Shown one piece after another: positions 22,504-32,000 of a stretch of 32,000 nt of DNA (within the stretch, counting starts at the first letter, position 1; each line of letters begins with the position of its first letter). Source of the stretch: Sedimentisphaera cyanobacteriorum. Lineage in GTDB: Bacteria > Planctomycetota > Phycisphaerae > Sedimentisphaerales > Sedimentisphaeraceae. The position numbers were made by a program, and so were the translations under genes. Below the pieces are notes generated by a model that had not been told where the DNA came from, made no database searches, and saw only the letters and a list, made by a program, of their open reading frames with translations. The stretch spans positions 270,001 through 302,000 of the forward strand of contig NZ_CP019633.1 in NCBI RefSeq assembly GCF_001997385.1, read 5' to 3'.

Positions 22504-23516
22504 GCAACAATAATCCAAAAATACAATTGCCCTCAAGAAGCGCAGTTATCGCCGGAACAGGTTCGGCGCTTCCGGGGAAGATTCTTACCAACGAGGATCT
22601 GACAAAAATCGTAGAAACCAACGACGAATGGATCACTACGAGAACTGGTATCAAGGAAAGACACATTGCCGGCGATGATGAAACCACCGCTTCGCTTGCT
22701 TCTGAGGCTTCAAAGAAGGCTCTTGAGCAGGCACAGATGGCCCCCGAGCAGCTTGATTTAATCATAGTTGCCACGGTAACTCCCGAGATGGTTTTCCCCT
22801 CTACCGCTTGCTTTGTGCAGGCTGAATTGGGCGCAAAAAATTCAGCAGCTTACGACCTTTCAGCTGCGTGCAGCGGTTTTGTCTTTGCCCTTATGACCGC
22901 AGCAAACCTAATAAATAACGGCGCTTTGAACAATGTGCTTGTGATTGGTGCTGAAACGCTCAGCAAGATTACAAACTATAAAGATCGCGCAAGCTGCATA
23001 CTTTTCGGAGATGGAGCAGGTGCGGCTGTGGTTAAGGCCTCCAATGAGCAGGGAAAGGGGATTTTGTACAGCAATATGGGCTCAGACGGGACAGGCTGGA
23101 CTGCCCTGAACTGTCAGGCCTACGGCTCGAAGTATCCCGCGGACAAGCCGCTTGAGGATGAGGCCAAGAAGTATATGTTCATAAACGGCAGAGAGGTATA
23201 TCAGCTTGCCGTGAGAAAGATAGTGGAAACAGTAGAAGACTGCCTTGATAAAACAGGCCTCAAAAGCGAGGATATTAAGAAGGTTGTCCCGCACCAGATG
23301 AATGCGAGGATAATAGAATCCAGTGCAAAGAGGCTCGGTCTTACGCAGGAACAGCTCTTTGTAAATATAGACAAAACCGGCAACACCTCGGCAGCTTCAA
23401 TACCAATCGCCCTTGATGAGTGTAACAGGGCAGGCCATATTTCTGAAGGCGACTACGTAGCACTGGTTGCATTCGGGGCAGGCCTTACCTGGGGCGGAAA
23501 CATCATAAAATTTTGA
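22500..23516 (+). CDS. fabH: 3-oxoacyl-ACP synthase III
   Basis: I prefer ATG 22500, which overlaps the plsX stop as ATGA and has GGAG 8 nt upstream. The track ORF opens at 22467. Motifs are GTGSALPGKILTNEDL, DEWITTRTGIKERH, active-site AACSGF and GNTSAASIP. Confidence 0.93.
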   Translation: MSNNNPKIQLPSRSAVIAGTGSALPGKILTNEDLTKIVETNDEWITTRTGIKERHIAGDDETTASLASEASKKALEQAQMAPEQLDLIIVATVTPEMVFPSTACFVQAELGAKNSAAYDLSAACSGFVFALMTAANLINNGALNNVLVIGAETLSKITNYKDRASCILFGDGAGAAVVKASNEQGKGILYSNMGSDGTGWTALNCQAYGSKYPADKPLEDEAKKYMFINGREVYQLAVRKIVETVEDCLDKTGLKSEDIKKVVPHQMNARIIESSAKRLGLTQEQLFVNIDKTGNTSAASIPIALDECNRAGHISEGDYVALVAFGAGLTWGGNIIKF

Positions 23517-23531
23517 TTGAAGGCGTCTGAT

Positions 23532-24467
23532 ATGAGTACAGCATTTATATTTCCCGGGCAGGGAGCGCAGATTGTTGGAATGGGCAGGCAAACCGCTGAA
23601 GATTTCCCCGAAGCCAAGGAGATCTTTCAGAGGGCTGATGAAGCAGTTGGCTGGAAGGTTTCTCAGTACTGCTTTGAAGGACCTCAGGATGAGCTCAACA
23701 AAACCAGCATATCCCAGCCTGCTATATTTGCGGCAAGCGCTGCGATGCTGGAAGTGATTAAAAACAGAACAGAACTTAAGCCTGATGTAACAGCTGGGCT
23801 GAGCCTTGGCGAATACACCGCTCTATACTCAGCCGGAATGCTGAGCTTTGAAGATGCAGCGGTGCTCGTTCAGCAGAGAGGCGAGGCGATGCAGAAGGCC
23901 GCAGAGAACTCCTCGGGCTCTATGCTCAGCGTACTCAAGCTCGATGAAGATAAGGTTATGCAGGCAGTGGAAAAGGCTCGGCAGGGCGATACCCTCGTAG
24001 CGGCGAATTTCAACTGCCCCGGTCAGATTGTACTGAGCGGAAGCCCCGAGGCCTGCAAGCGGGCTGCGGAGATCGCAGGAGAGCTGGGAGCTTTGAAAAC
24101 TGTAGAGCTTGCGGTAGCCGGAGCGTTTCACTCGCCGCTTATGCAGCCGGCAGCTGAGACGCTAAAAGAGGCTCTTGAGAGCAAACAGATTACTCAAAGC
24201 GATGTGAAGGTGATTTCCAACGCATCAGCTGAGTATTATTCTTCTGCCCAGCAGGTTCGAGAAGGGCTTTGCAAACAGCTAACAAGCTCTGTGCTTTGGC
24301 AGAGGTGTATGGAAAGGCTTATCGAAGACGGTACGGATGAATTTTACGAGATCGGGCCGGGCAGGGTGCTCACCGGTCTTATGAAAAAGATTGACAGAAA
24401 GCAGAAGGTTACGAATCTAAGCAATTCAGACTTGATAAAGAAATTTATCGAGAGCATTGAAGACTGA
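23532..24467 (+). CDS. fabD: Malonyl-CoA:ACP transacylase
   Basis: Motifs are FIFPGQGAQ, GLSLGEYTAL (active Ser) and AGAFHSPLM. I prefer ATG 23532, preceded by GAAGG. The track ORF opens at TTG 23517. Confidence 0.93.
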   Translation: MSTAFIFPGQGAQIVGMGRQTAEDFPEAKEIFQRADEAVGWKVSQYCFEGPQDELNKTSISQPAIFAASAAMLEVIKNRTELKPDVTAGLSLGEYTALYSAGMLSFEDAAVLVQQRGEAMQKAAENSSGSMLSVLKLDEDKVMQAVEKARQGDTLVAANFNCPGQIVLSGSPEACKRAAEIAGELGALKTVELAVAGAFHSPLMQPAAETLKEALESKQITQSDVKVISNASAEYYSSAQQVREGLCKQLTSSVLWQRCMERLIEDGTDEFYEIGPGRVLTGLMKKIDRKQKVTNLSNSDLIKKFIESIED

Positions 24468-24492
24468 TTAGGTTTGAGAAGGAAAATTTGAT

Positions 24493-25230
24493 ATGTCAGA
24501 AAAAAGATTAGCAGTAGTAACCGGTGCGGCAAGAGGAATCGGCCGTGCGATTGTTCTTGAGCTGCTCAGAGAAGGAAGGGCCGTTGCAGGGCTCGATATA
24601 AATCAGGAACAGCTCAATGAGCTTAAAGAAGCGGTCCAGAAGGAAGGCTTCGAAGTGGAAGCAAGGATTTGCGATATCACAAACCTTGAAGAGCTGACAA
24701 AAACGCTTGATGAGCTTTCAGAAGCATACGGCGGCGTGGGAATCCTCGTTAACAACGCTGGAGTTACACGTGATAAGCTTATGATGCAGATGGAAGAACA
24801 GGACTACGATATCCCGCTGAATGTGAACCTGAAGGCTGCTTTTATGGCAACCAAGACCGTTCTAAGGGCTATGGTGAAGAATAAATTCGGCAGAGTTGTG
24901 AATATCAGCTCGGTAGCAGGTGTTATGGGGCAGGCAGGCTCGGCTAATTACGCTGCGAGCAAGTCCGGACTGATTGGTATGAGCAAGTCCCTTGCTAGAG
25001 AAGTGGGTAAAAAGAATGTTACGGTAAACTGCATTGCGCCGGGATTTATCGAAACTGATATGACAAGCGTTTTGCCGGATGCGGTTAAGAATGCCGCAAA
25101 GGCTGTGATTCCAATGCGGAAATACGGAAGGCCTGAAGATGTGGCAAAGGCCGTAGCTTTTCTCTCAAGAGATGAATCAAGCTACATTACCGGACAGGTC
25201 CTTTGCGTGGACGGCGGAATGGCAATGTAG
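24493..25230 (+). CDS. fabG: 3-oxoacyl-ACP reductase
   Basis: 245 aa SDR. Motifs are VTGAARGIGRAI, NNAGVTRD and YAASKSG. Confidence 0.93.
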   Translation: MSEKRLAVVTGAARGIGRAIVLELLREGRAVAGLDINQEQLNELKEAVQKEGFEVEARICDITNLEELTKTLDELSEAYGGVGILVNNAGVTRDKLMMQMEEQDYDIPLNVNLKAAFMATKTVLRAMVKNKFGRVVNISSVAGVMGQAGSANYAASKSGLIGMSKSLAREVGKKNVTVNCIAPGFIETDMTSVLPDAVKNAAKAVIPMRKYGRPEDVAKAVAFLSRDESSYITGQVLCVDGGMAM

Positions 25231-25281
25231 CCGCAAAGTTACGAAACGCTAAAATATTGTTAAAATTTAATAAGATTTCAT

Positions 25282-25309
25282 TTGAATTTGCATTACGTGT
25301 AGGTATTAT
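25282..25309 (+). promoter_or_regulatory. Candidate internal promoter for acpP-fabF
   Basis: TTGAAT lies at 25282-87, a 16-nt spacer follows, and TATTAT lies at 25304-09. It sits in the 137-nt fabG-acpP gap, with AGGAG 8 nt upstream of the acpP ATG. Confidence 0.35.
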
Positions 25310-25367
25310 ACCGCCGCAGGATTTGGAAACAGAAAAGAAACTTTCTAATTTATTAGGAGAATAGAGA

Positions 25368-25610
25368 ATGGAACGTCAGGAAGTATTCGAAAAGGTCGTT
25401 GAGATTGTAAGCGAGCAGATGGGTGTGGACCATGAGTCTATCACTGAGGAAACCTCTTTCATCAATGATCTGAACGCGGATTCACTTGACACAGTGGAGC
25501 TGGTGATGGAATTTGAGGATGCCTTTGATACAAGCATCCCTGAAGAGGAAGCGGAAAAGATCCAAACCGTCAGCGCTGCTGTTGATTACATTTTGAAGGT
25601 AGCAGAATAA
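25368..25610 (+). CDS. acpP: Acyl carrier protein
   Basis: 80 aa. The motif [20 protein letters not shown] carries the phosphopantetheinyl Ser in DSLD. Confidence 0.96.
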   Translation: MERQEVFEKVVEIVSEQMGVDHESITEETSFINDLNADSLDTVELVMEFEDAFDTSIPEEEAEKIQTVSAAVDYILKVAE

Positions 25611-25632
25611 CTCGATTAAACCAAGCTTAATT

Positions 25633-26883
25633 ATGGATAAACGTAGAGTTGTAATAACCGGGATGGGCTGTGTAACCGCCTATGGCGAGACAGTTGACAG
25701 TCTGTTTGAGAACCTCTGTAAAGGCAATAGCGGCGTCTCTAAAATCGACGGTTTCGACCCGTCCGACTATGATGTAAAAATAGCCGGCGAGTGCAGAAAC
25801 TTCGATGTAAGCAAATACATAGAGCGCAGAAAAGCCAAACGCCTTGACAGATTCAGTCAGTTTGCTCTTGTAAGCTCGATGACAGCTTTTGAAGAGAGCG
25901 GCTTAGATTTGTCTATCCCGGAAGAAGCCGAAAGAACCGGAGTTTTGATTGGCTCGGGCATCGGCGGCATACATGAAATCGAAACCCAGCATAAAAGGCT
26001 TCTTGCCAAAGGGCCTTCGAAAGTTTCAGCATTTTGTGTGCCCAAACTAATGGTAAACGCAGCCTCCGGATGCGTGTCAATCGAACTCGGAGCCAAAGGG
26101 CCGAATCTTTGCGTTGTTACAGCTTGCGCTTCTGCAGCTCACTCCATAGGTGAAGCTTTCAGAATGGTACAGGACGGCGATGCCGACGTAATGATTACAG
26201 GCGGAAGCGAGGCGGCAGTTTCGCCGATAGCGCTTGCTTCTTTCTGTTCGCTCAAGTCTTTGAGCACGAGAAATGATGAGCCGGAAAAGGCTTCACGTCC
26301 GTTTGATGTAGAAAGAGACGGGTTCATCCTCTCAGAAGGCGCAGGAACTGTGATACTCGAGGAATACGAGCATGCGGTTAAACGCGGCGCTAAGATATAT
26401 GCCGAGCTTGCAGGCTATTCAGCCACCGGCGATGCGCATCATATCACTGCTCCTCTTCCGGACGGTGCAGGAGCGGCAAGAGGTATGAAGCTTGCCTTAA
26501 ACGATGCAGGGGTGAATCCTGAAGATGTGGATTACATAAATGCACACGGGACAAGCACGCAGCTCAATGATATTGCTGAAACGCTAGCGATAAGGAGCGT
26601 ATTAGGCGAGCATGCGAAAAAGCCTGCCCTCAGCTCCACAAAGAGCTGTACAGGCCATTTCCTCGGTGCAAGCGGGGCGATAGAGCTTATTGTCTCTGCG
26701 AGGTCTATAGATGATTCGATGATTCCGCTTACAGCGAACACCGAAAATCTGGACGAGAAATGTCTGCCTGAGCTCAACCATATACTCGGAGAGTCTGTGG
26801 AGCAGAATGTTGATGTCGTGCTGAGCAATTCGCTCGGCTTCGGCGGGCACAATGCCTCACTGGTTCTCAAGAAGGTAAAATAA
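25633..26883 (+). CDS. fabF: 3-oxoacyl-ACP synthase II
   Basis: 416 aa. Motifs are VVITGMGCVT, TACASAAHSIG (Cys), INAHGTSTQLND, KSCTGHFLGASG and NSLGFGGHNASL. Confidence 0.95.
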   Translation: MDKRRVVITGMGCVTAYGETVDSLFENLCKGNSGVSKIDGFDPSDYDVKIAGECRNFDVSKYIERRKAKRLDRFSQFALVSSMTAFEESGLDLSIPEEAERTGVLIGSGIGGIHEIETQHKRLLAKGPSKVSAFCVPKLMVNAASGCVSIELGAKGPNLCVVTACASAAHSIGEAFRMVQDGDADVMITGGSEAAVSPIALASFCSLKSLSTRNDEPEKASRPFDVERDGFILSEGAGTVILEEYEHAVKRGAKIYAELAGYSATGDAHHITAPLPDGAGAARGMKLALNDAGVNPEDVDYINAHGTSTQLNDIAETLAIRSVLGEHAKKPALSSTKSCTGHFLGASGAIELIVSARSIDDSMIPLTANTENLDEKCLPELNHILGESVEQNVDVVLSNSLGFGGHNASLVLKKVK

Positions 26884-26900
26884 GATTCGTATTGAAAATA

Positions 26901-26926
26901 AAAGCCCCTTAATCAAGGGGCTTTTT
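26901..26926. terminator. Bidirectional rho-independent terminator between fabF (+) and trpA (-)
   Basis: A perfect 10-bp stem pairs AAAGCCCCTT (26901-10) with AAGGGGCTTT (26915-24) around the loop AATC. An A-rich run lies upstream and a T-run downstream, so it can work on both strands. Confidence 0.85.
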
Positions 26927-26950
26927 AATGCGCTGATATTGATATTCAAA

Positions 26951-27775
26951 TTAGCGAAGCGGGGCCTTCATAGCCCGCACCGTTTCTCCCACTTGCTTTG
27001 AATAAACCTCTTTGCCTTTGTCTAAATTCTTTTCTATAGTTTTCTCAAAGAGGCTCCCCACTACTATTCCTTCCCCGGCAAATGCGATTTTCTCAGCATC
27101 CTCAGGCGAGGATATGCCAAAGCCCATACATACCGGCAGGTCTGTATGCTGCTTAATCTGCCTCGCGTGCTTTGCTACAGATTCAGGGTCCAGCCCGCCT
27201 GTACCTGTAATCCCAACGCGGTTAATCATATAAATAAAGCCTTCTCCTGCCCTGCATATTGTTTCAAGCCTTGCCTCATTGGTTGTAGGGGCGGCGAGTT
27301 TGATAAGCGCAAAATCCTCTTGAGATGAATGTTTATTCCTGATAGATTTGAAATCTTCGGATTCTTCAATCGGCATATCAACTGCAAGAAGCCCGTCTGC
27401 CCCCGCCTCAATGGCCTCCCTGATAAAACGTTCATATCCGTATCGGTATATTGGGTTGAGATATGAAAAGATGATAATCGGCTGATTGTATTTTTCTCTG
27501 AGCTTTGCTGTCATCTGGATTATTTTGCTAAGATTCGCTCCTGCCATAAGAGCTCTTGCCGAAGAACGCTGTATTACATCTCCGTCTGCTGTGGGGTCTG
27601 AGAATGGAACGCCCAGTTCGAGGATGTCAAGCCCGTTATCGAACATCTCCGAGGCAATCGCAAGCGAGCCCTCTATAGTCGGATCACCTGCGGTAATAAA
27701 GCCTGCAAGCGCTTTTGCGTTTTTATTTTTTAGTTTATTGAAGGTTTCTTTTATTCTGCTCATTTTATTATCCAA
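26951..27775 (-). CDS. trpA: Tryptophan synthase alpha chain
   Basis: 274 aa. Motifs are FITAGDP, LELGVPFSDPTADGDVIQ and GFGIS. Confidence 0.95.
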   Translation of the reverse strand: MDNKMSRIKETFNKLKNKNAKALAGFITAGDPTIEGSLAIASEMFDNGLDILELGVPFSDPTADGDVIQRSSARALMAGANLSKIIQMTAKLREKYNQPIIIFSYLNPIYRYGYERFIREAIEAGADGLLAVDMPIEESEDFKSIRNKHSSQEDFALIKLAAPTTNEARLETICRAGEGFIYMINRVGITGTGGLDPESVAKHARQIKQHTDLPVCMGFGISSPEDAEKIAFAGEGIVVGSLFEKTIEKNLDKGKEVYSKQVGETVRAMKAPLR

Positions 27776-27798
27776 AGCTGTTCTGTTACTATTATCTT

Positions 27799-28995
27799 TT
27801 ACATACCAAGAATAGATATTGCGCTGGTGAGGTCTTTATCGCCTCTTCCGGAGAGGTTAACCAGCATATTTTTGCCCTTTCCGAGCTTGGGAGCGTATTT
27901 TACTGCATAGCTTATTGCATGCGAGCTCTCGAGTGCGGGGATAATCCCCTCCTTCTCAGAGAGCAGGCAGAAGGCGTCCATAGCCTCGCTGTCTGTGATT
28001 GTTTCGTATTTTGCCCTGCTGATTTCTTTGAGTATTGCATGTTCAGGCCCTACGCCCGGATAGTCGAGCCCCGCTGATACCGAATAAGCCTCATTAATCT
28101 GGCCGTATTCATCCTGCAGCACATAAGACTTAGACCCGTGCAGGATCCCCACAGACCCGTGCGAGAGGCTCGCTGCGTGCTCGCCTGTTTCGATTCCTCT
28201 TCCTGCCGCCTCAACCCCAACAAGCTCCACATCTTCATCCGGCAGGAACGGATAGAATATGCCCATAGCATTGCTTCCGCCGCCTATGCAGGCAACGATT
28301 GAATCGGGCAGTCTGCCGGTTTCCTCGAGCATCTGCCTGCGTGCCTCCTCACCTATCACTTTCTGGAAATCACGTACGAGAATGGGGTACGGGTGCGGGC
28401 CTGCAACAGTCCCGATAACGTAAAAAGTGTCTTCAACGGCCGTTGTCCAGTACCGAAGGGCAGCATTCATAGCATCCTTGAGCGTTCCTGTCCCCCCGTC
28501 CACCTGAATTACCTCAGCTCCCATGAGCCGCATCCTGTCAACGTTGGGCTTTTGGCGTTTTATGTCTTCTCTGCCCATAAACACCTTGCACTCCATCCCC
28601 AGAAGGGCGGCTACAGTGGCCGTTGCTACGCCGTGCTGGCCGGCTCCGGTTTCTGCGATGAGCTTGCGTTTGTTCATATATTTTGCGAGAAGTCCCTGCC
28701 CCACCGTGTTGTTTATCTTGTGCGCGCCGGTATGAACGAGGTCTTCGCGTTTGAGGTATATATTTGCCCCGCCTGCGTATTCACTGAGATGAGAGGCTAA
28801 ATAAACCGGCGAAGGCCTGCCAACGAATTTCTTAAGCAGTTCCGAAAGTTCGCTCTTAAAGCTTTCATCCTGCATATACTTTTTTCTCGCTTCATCCAGT
28901 TCGAGGACAGCGGGCATAAGTGTCTCGCCAACGTACATCCCGCCGAACTGGCCGAAATGACCTCTGCTGTCCGGATAGTTATAATTGCTGTTCAT
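27799..28995 (-). CDS. trpB: Tryptophan synthase beta chain
   Basis: Motifs are [32 protein letters not shown] (PLP Lys) and GGGSNAMG. I prefer ATG 28995, which lies 1 nt after the trpF stop with AAGGA upstream. The track ORF opens at 29031. Confidence 0.94.
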   Translation of the reverse strand: MNSNYNYPDSRGHFGQFGGMYVGETLMPAVLELDEARKKYMQDESFKSELSELLKKFVGRPSPVYLASHLSEYAGGANIYLKREDLVHTGAHKINNTVGQGLLAKYMNKRKLIAETGAGQHGVATATVAALLGMECKVFMGREDIKRQKPNVDRMRLMGAEVIQVDGGTGTLKDAMNAALRYWTTAVEDTFYVIGTVAGPHPYPILVRDFQKVIGEEARRQMLEETGRLPDSIVACIGGGSNAMGIFYPFLPDEDVELVGVEAAGRGIETGEHAASLSHGSVGILHGSKSYVLQDEYGQINEAYSVSAGLDYPGVGPEHAILKEISRAKYETITDSEAMDAFCLLSEKEGIIPALESSHAISYAVKYAPKLGKGKNMLVNLSGRGDKDLTSAISILGM

Positions 28996-28996
28996 T

Positions 28997-29668
28997 CTAA
29001 AAGATCCTTTGTATTTTCCGTTTGTATTCAATTTCCTTCATCACATTTTCAAGAGTTTCAAAAAGGCTCTTCACTCTGCCCATATCCTTAACACCCGGGC
29101 TTGATTCTATAGCGCTGCTTAAATCGAGCCCGTCAGGGTAAGCCTCGCTTATTGCCTGCCTTGCGTTTTCTTCGCTTATCCCGCCGGCGAGCAGGAACGG
29201 GCGTTTCCCCGATATGCACTTCGAATCGCTCCAGTTCCATTCCACTGCATTCCCGCCAGGGAGAACGCCGCTGCCTGATTCCAGAAGCAGAGGGAAGCCC
29301 GTGAATCTTTCGGTGATCAGATCCATCGCTGCCTCAAACGCCTTCAGCTTCTTGATTACATTCAGCTTTTTGTTTTGCAGTTGCTTAGCAAATTCCGGCG
29401 TCTCGCTGCCGTGAAGCTGAAACCAGTTTATTCCCGTTTCTCTGTGAATCTCTTCGATTTGATCTATGCTTTTATCCACAGTAACTGCCACAACAGGCCT
29501 TTCGCCCGCGGCTTCTTTAACCTGCTTTGCCTGAGCTGAATCTACGCTCCTCGGGCTCTTCTCGTAGAAAACAACGCCCACAGCAGATGCCCCGTATTCA
29601 AAGCATCTAACCGCCTCGTTTGGATTTGAAAGCCCGCATATCTTAACCTGCAGTCCCGATAGATTCAC
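28997..29668 (-). CDS. trpF: Phosphoribosylanthranilate isomerase
   Basis: 223 aa with a GTG start overlapping the trpC stop (GTGA). Motifs are [24 protein letters not shown] and LLAGGIS. Confidence 0.9.
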   Translation of the reverse strand: MNLSGLQVKICGLSNPNEAVRCFEYGASAVGVVFYEKSPRSVDSAQAKQVKEAAGERPVVAVTVDKSIDQIEEIHRETGINWFQLHGSETPEFAKQLQNKKLNVIKKLKAFEAAMDLITERFTGFPLLLESGSGVLPGGNAVEWNWSDSKCISGKRPFLLAGGISEENARQAISEAYPDGLDLSSAIESSPGVKDMGRVKSLFETLENVMKEIEYKRKIQRIF

Positions 29669-30465
29669 TGCTTCCCCCTCAGGTCTCTGATAAATTCAAC
29701 AGGACTTGTGCTCCGCATAATGCTTTCTCCAATAAGGAAATTTGATATTCCGTAGTTTTTTGAAAGCTGCACGTCGGCAATTGTGTTGATCCCGCTCAGG
29801 GCTACCGGAAGCTGATATCTCTCAAGCTTTGATGCAAGAGAGATGGCGTTGGATACGCTGGTCTCGAATGTTTTGAGGTTGCGGTTGTTTATGCCCACGA
29901 TTCGAGGGTCTATATCGGAGATTCTGCTCAGCTCGGTTTCGTCGTGGATTTCCACAAGCACATCAAGACCGATTTCTCTTGCGAGGTGGTAGTATTCCGA
30001 GAGCTGCCTGTCTTCCAAGCAGCCTGCAATAAGCAGAACTGCATCAGCGTTTGCTGCGGCAGATTCATAAATCTGATACTCTGTTACGATGAAATCCTTC
30101 CGCAGAACCGGAAGGGTAGAAGCCTTCTTAACGCTGCGAAGGTCTTCCAGCGAGCCGTTGAAGTAGTCCGGCTCTGTAAGCACTGATATAGCGCATGCCC
30201 CGCCTTCTTCATAAATTTTCGCAGTTTCAGCAGCATCTACGCTTTCTTTGATAATTCCCTTTGAAGGCGACCGGCGTTTTATCTCGGCGATTATATTTAT
30301 TGCATCGAAATCCTGCTTCAGCGCTGTGAAGAATCGCCGCTTGGGTCTTTCGGAATCTATCTCCGCCTTTACCGCTTCAATCGGCTTGTTTTGAATGTCT
30401 TGCGCAACGAGCTCAAGCCTTCTTTCCACAATCTCCGCTAATATGTTTCTCTGCTCTGTTTTCAT
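29665..30465 (-). CDS. trpC: Indole-3-glycerol phosphate synthase
   Basis: 266 aa. Motifs are IIAEIKRRSPSKG, ISVLTEPDYFNGS, LRKDFIV and VGINNRNLKTF. The ATG overlaps the trpD stop as TAATG. Confidence 0.94.
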   Translation of the reverse strand: MKTEQRNILAEIVERRLELVAQDIQNKPIEAVKAEIDSERPKRRFFTALKQDFDAINIIAEIKRRSPSKGIIKESVDAAETAKIYEEGGACAISVLTEPDYFNGSLEDLRSVKKASTLPVLRKDFIVTEYQIYESAAANADAVLLIAGCLEDRQLSEYYHLAREIGLDVLVEIHDETELSRISDIDPRIVGINNRNLKTFETSVSNAISLASKLERYQLPVALSGINTIADVQLSKNYGISNFLIGESIMRSTSPVEFIRDLRGKQ

Positions 30466-31469
30466 TATGCAAACTCCGCAAGTTCTTTCAGTTTATCCTT
30501 GGCTCTGCCCTGATCGATAACCTCTTCAGCAATCTTTATCCCTTCCTCTATTCTCTCGGCCTCTCCGCCTGCGGTAATTGCGAATGCCGCATTTATCACC
30601 ACAACATCCCTTGCAGGGCTTTTTCTGCCTGAGAATATATCGTCAATTATCTCAGCATTCTGCTGCACATCCCCGCCTTTCAGCGATTCGGGCTCTGCGT
30701 AGCTGCCGAAATAGATATCCGGATAAAGCTCGTATGTCTTCACTGTACCGTTATTAAGCTCGCTTATGCGGGTTGATTCGCATACGGAGATCTCATCGAG
30801 CCCGTCATTGCCGTGAACGATAAATGCCCTCTGAGAACCAAGCAAATTCAGAGCATTTGCGAACATCTCTGTAAGCTCCGGAGCAAACACGCCCAGAAGC
30901 TGGCGTCTTGTGCCTGCGGGGTTGGTAAGCGGGCCTAGCATATTAAATATGCTTCTTATTCCCAGTTCTTTCCTCGGCCCTGCGGCGTGCTTCATCGCCG
31001 AGTGAAACTTTGGTGCAAAAAGAAAGCCTATTCCGATAGTGTCCACTGCATCTGCCACTATTTCCGGCTCCACATCCAGATTAACTCCGAAAGCCTCGAG
31101 CACATCTGCGCTGCCGCATTTGCTAGATACGCTCCTGTTCCCGTGTTTGGCCACGCTTACCCCAGCTCCCGCTGCCACGAATGCGGTGGCAGTGGATATA
31201 TTGAATGTTCCGAGGCTGTCTCCGCCTGTCCCGCATGTGTCGATATGGTTTGAGGTGGTAAGCTGCATCTTTTTCGCCTTAGAACGCATTGCAGATGCCG
31301 CACCAGCCAGCTCCTCAAACGATACGCCCTTGCAGGCAAGACCCATAATCAGAGCTCCTGTTTGAGAGCCGGTAAGTTCGCCTGAGAGCATCTGGTCGAA
31401 AAGCTCTGCTACCTGCCTGCGGGATAAATCTTTCTTCTCAATTAAATCATTCAGTACATCAGATATCAT
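30465..31469 (-). CDS. trpD: Anthranilate phosphoribosyltransferase
   Basis: 334 aa. Motifs are DTCGTGGDSLGTFNISTA, VAKHGNRSVSSKCGSADVLE and NMLGPLTNPA. Confidence 0.95.
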   Translation of the reverse strand: MISDVLNDLIEKKDLSRRQVAELFDQMLSGELTGSQTGALIMGLACKGVSFEELAGAASAMRSKAKKMQLTTSNHIDTCGTGGDSLGTFNISTATAFVAAGAGVSVAKHGNRSVSSKCGSADVLEAFGVNLDVEPEIVADAVDTIGIGFLFAPKFHSAMKHAAGPRKELGIRSIFNMLGPLTNPAGTRRQLLGVFAPELTEMFANALNLLGSQRAFIVHGNDGLDEISVCESTRISELNNGTVKTYELYPDIYFGSYAEPESLKGGDVQQNAEIIDDIFSGRKSPARDVVVINAAFAITAGGEAERIEEGIKIAEEVIDQGRAKDKLKELAEFA

Positions 31470-31482
31470 CTTGCAGTCTCCC

Positions 31483-32000
31483 TTAAATTAACGCCTCGGC
31501 GAATCTGCCTGTCCCGCCGTCTTTGTCGGTGAGCAGTTTGGCCTGATTTATAAAATTCCGCAGCATCCTTTTTCCGTGCGGACTCATTATCGATTCCGGA
31601 TGGAACTGTACACCCTCGGTGAAGTGGGTTTTGTGGCGAAGGCCCATAATCTCGCCGTCCTCGCTCTCAGCGGATATCTCCAGCTCTTCAGGAAGCGATT
31701 CCCTGTCCACAACAAGCGAATGGTATCTCATTGCCCTGAAGGGTTTTTTGAAGCCGGAGAAAATCCCCTTCGCATCGTTTGTTATCTCGGAGGTTTTTCC
31801 GTGCATAATTTTCCCCGCACGGATTATCTTGCCTCCGAATGCCTCAGCAATTGCCTGATGACCGAGACAAACCCCGAGAATTGGAATCTTCCCGCTGAAA
31901 TTCTTTACCGCTTCAACGGATATACCCGCCTGAGAAGGCCTCCCTGGCCCGGGAGAGATCACTATCGCCTCGGGGTTCATTTTCTCTATCTCAGAGCAGC
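31483..32000 (-). CDS. trpG: Anthranilate synthase component II / glutamine amidotransferase (TrpG/PabA type), N-terminus outside the window
   Basis: The frame stays open to the window edge (..CSEIEK precedes the MNPEAIV of the track ORF). Motifs are ISPGPGRP, ILGVCLGHQAI (catalytic Cys), MHGKTS, RYHSL and GVQFHPES. Confidence 0.9.
   Translation of the reverse strand, partial: CSEIEKMNPEAIVISPGPGRPSQAGISVEAVKNFSGKIPILGVCLGHQAIAEAFGGKIIRAGKIMHGKTSEITNDAKGIFSGFKKPFRAMRYHSLVVDRESLPEELEISAESEDGEIMGLRHKTHFTEGVQFHPESIMSPHGKRMLRNFINQAKLLTDKDGGTGRFAEALI

Noticed and set aside
1-32000. Search for CRISPR repeats, IS or transposon ends, integrase or recombinase genes, toxin-antitoxin pairs, and restriction or other defence genes.
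   Set aside because: I noticed no regularly spaced direct repeats. No ORF has transposase, integrase, nuclease or ATPase defence-type motifs. Every ORF of 150 aa or longer is accounted for by the metabolic, glycan-related or membrane proteins listed.

Overview
This is a densely coding 32-kb bacterial chromosomal window of moderate GC, and most of it is core metabolism. I make 31 CDS calls, or 30 genes if two frameshifted fragments are merged. I saw no rRNA, tRNA, CRISPR array, transposase, integrase, phage gene or recognisable defence gene. PLUS STRAND: (i) 1-2423 is the 3' part of a large secreted protein with NIDO-like, dockerin-like and Fn3-like regions. (ii) 2504-11736 is an eight-gene operon bounded by terminator-like hairpins, with 4-6 nt gaps or overlapping stop/start codons throughout. 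It encodes an unknown 4-TM protein with a long acidic disordered linker, dxr, an oversized rseP-type site-2 protease and five tandem GT2 glycosyltransferases. (iii) 21296-26883 is rpmF-plsX-fabH-fabD-fabG-acpP-fabF. MINUS STRAND: accD-hisC-hisB-ispF-nadC (20625-16700) runs with only a 16-nt gap into two secreted glycan-active genes. These are an Asp-box/LamG protein and a GH30-CBM13-dockerin gene broken by one extra base in a homopolymer. A small Flp-like ORF with its own promoter-like signal follows, then a hairpin-dense ~270-nt non-coding tract. trpG(partial)-trpD-trpC-trpF-trpB-trpA occupies 32000-26951. I do not see a clear novel defence or mobile system. The most unusual items are the frameshifted GH30 gene, the dxr-rseP-5xGT2 operon, the structured non-coding tract at 11735-12005, and the 670-nt AT-rich ORF-free region upstream of rpmF that holds a long helix followed by a U-tract. 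The domain vocabulary (dockerin-like EF-hand pairs and the SPCxDxG...DIGYHY cap motif) is reminiscent of PVC-group genomes, but that is inference only.
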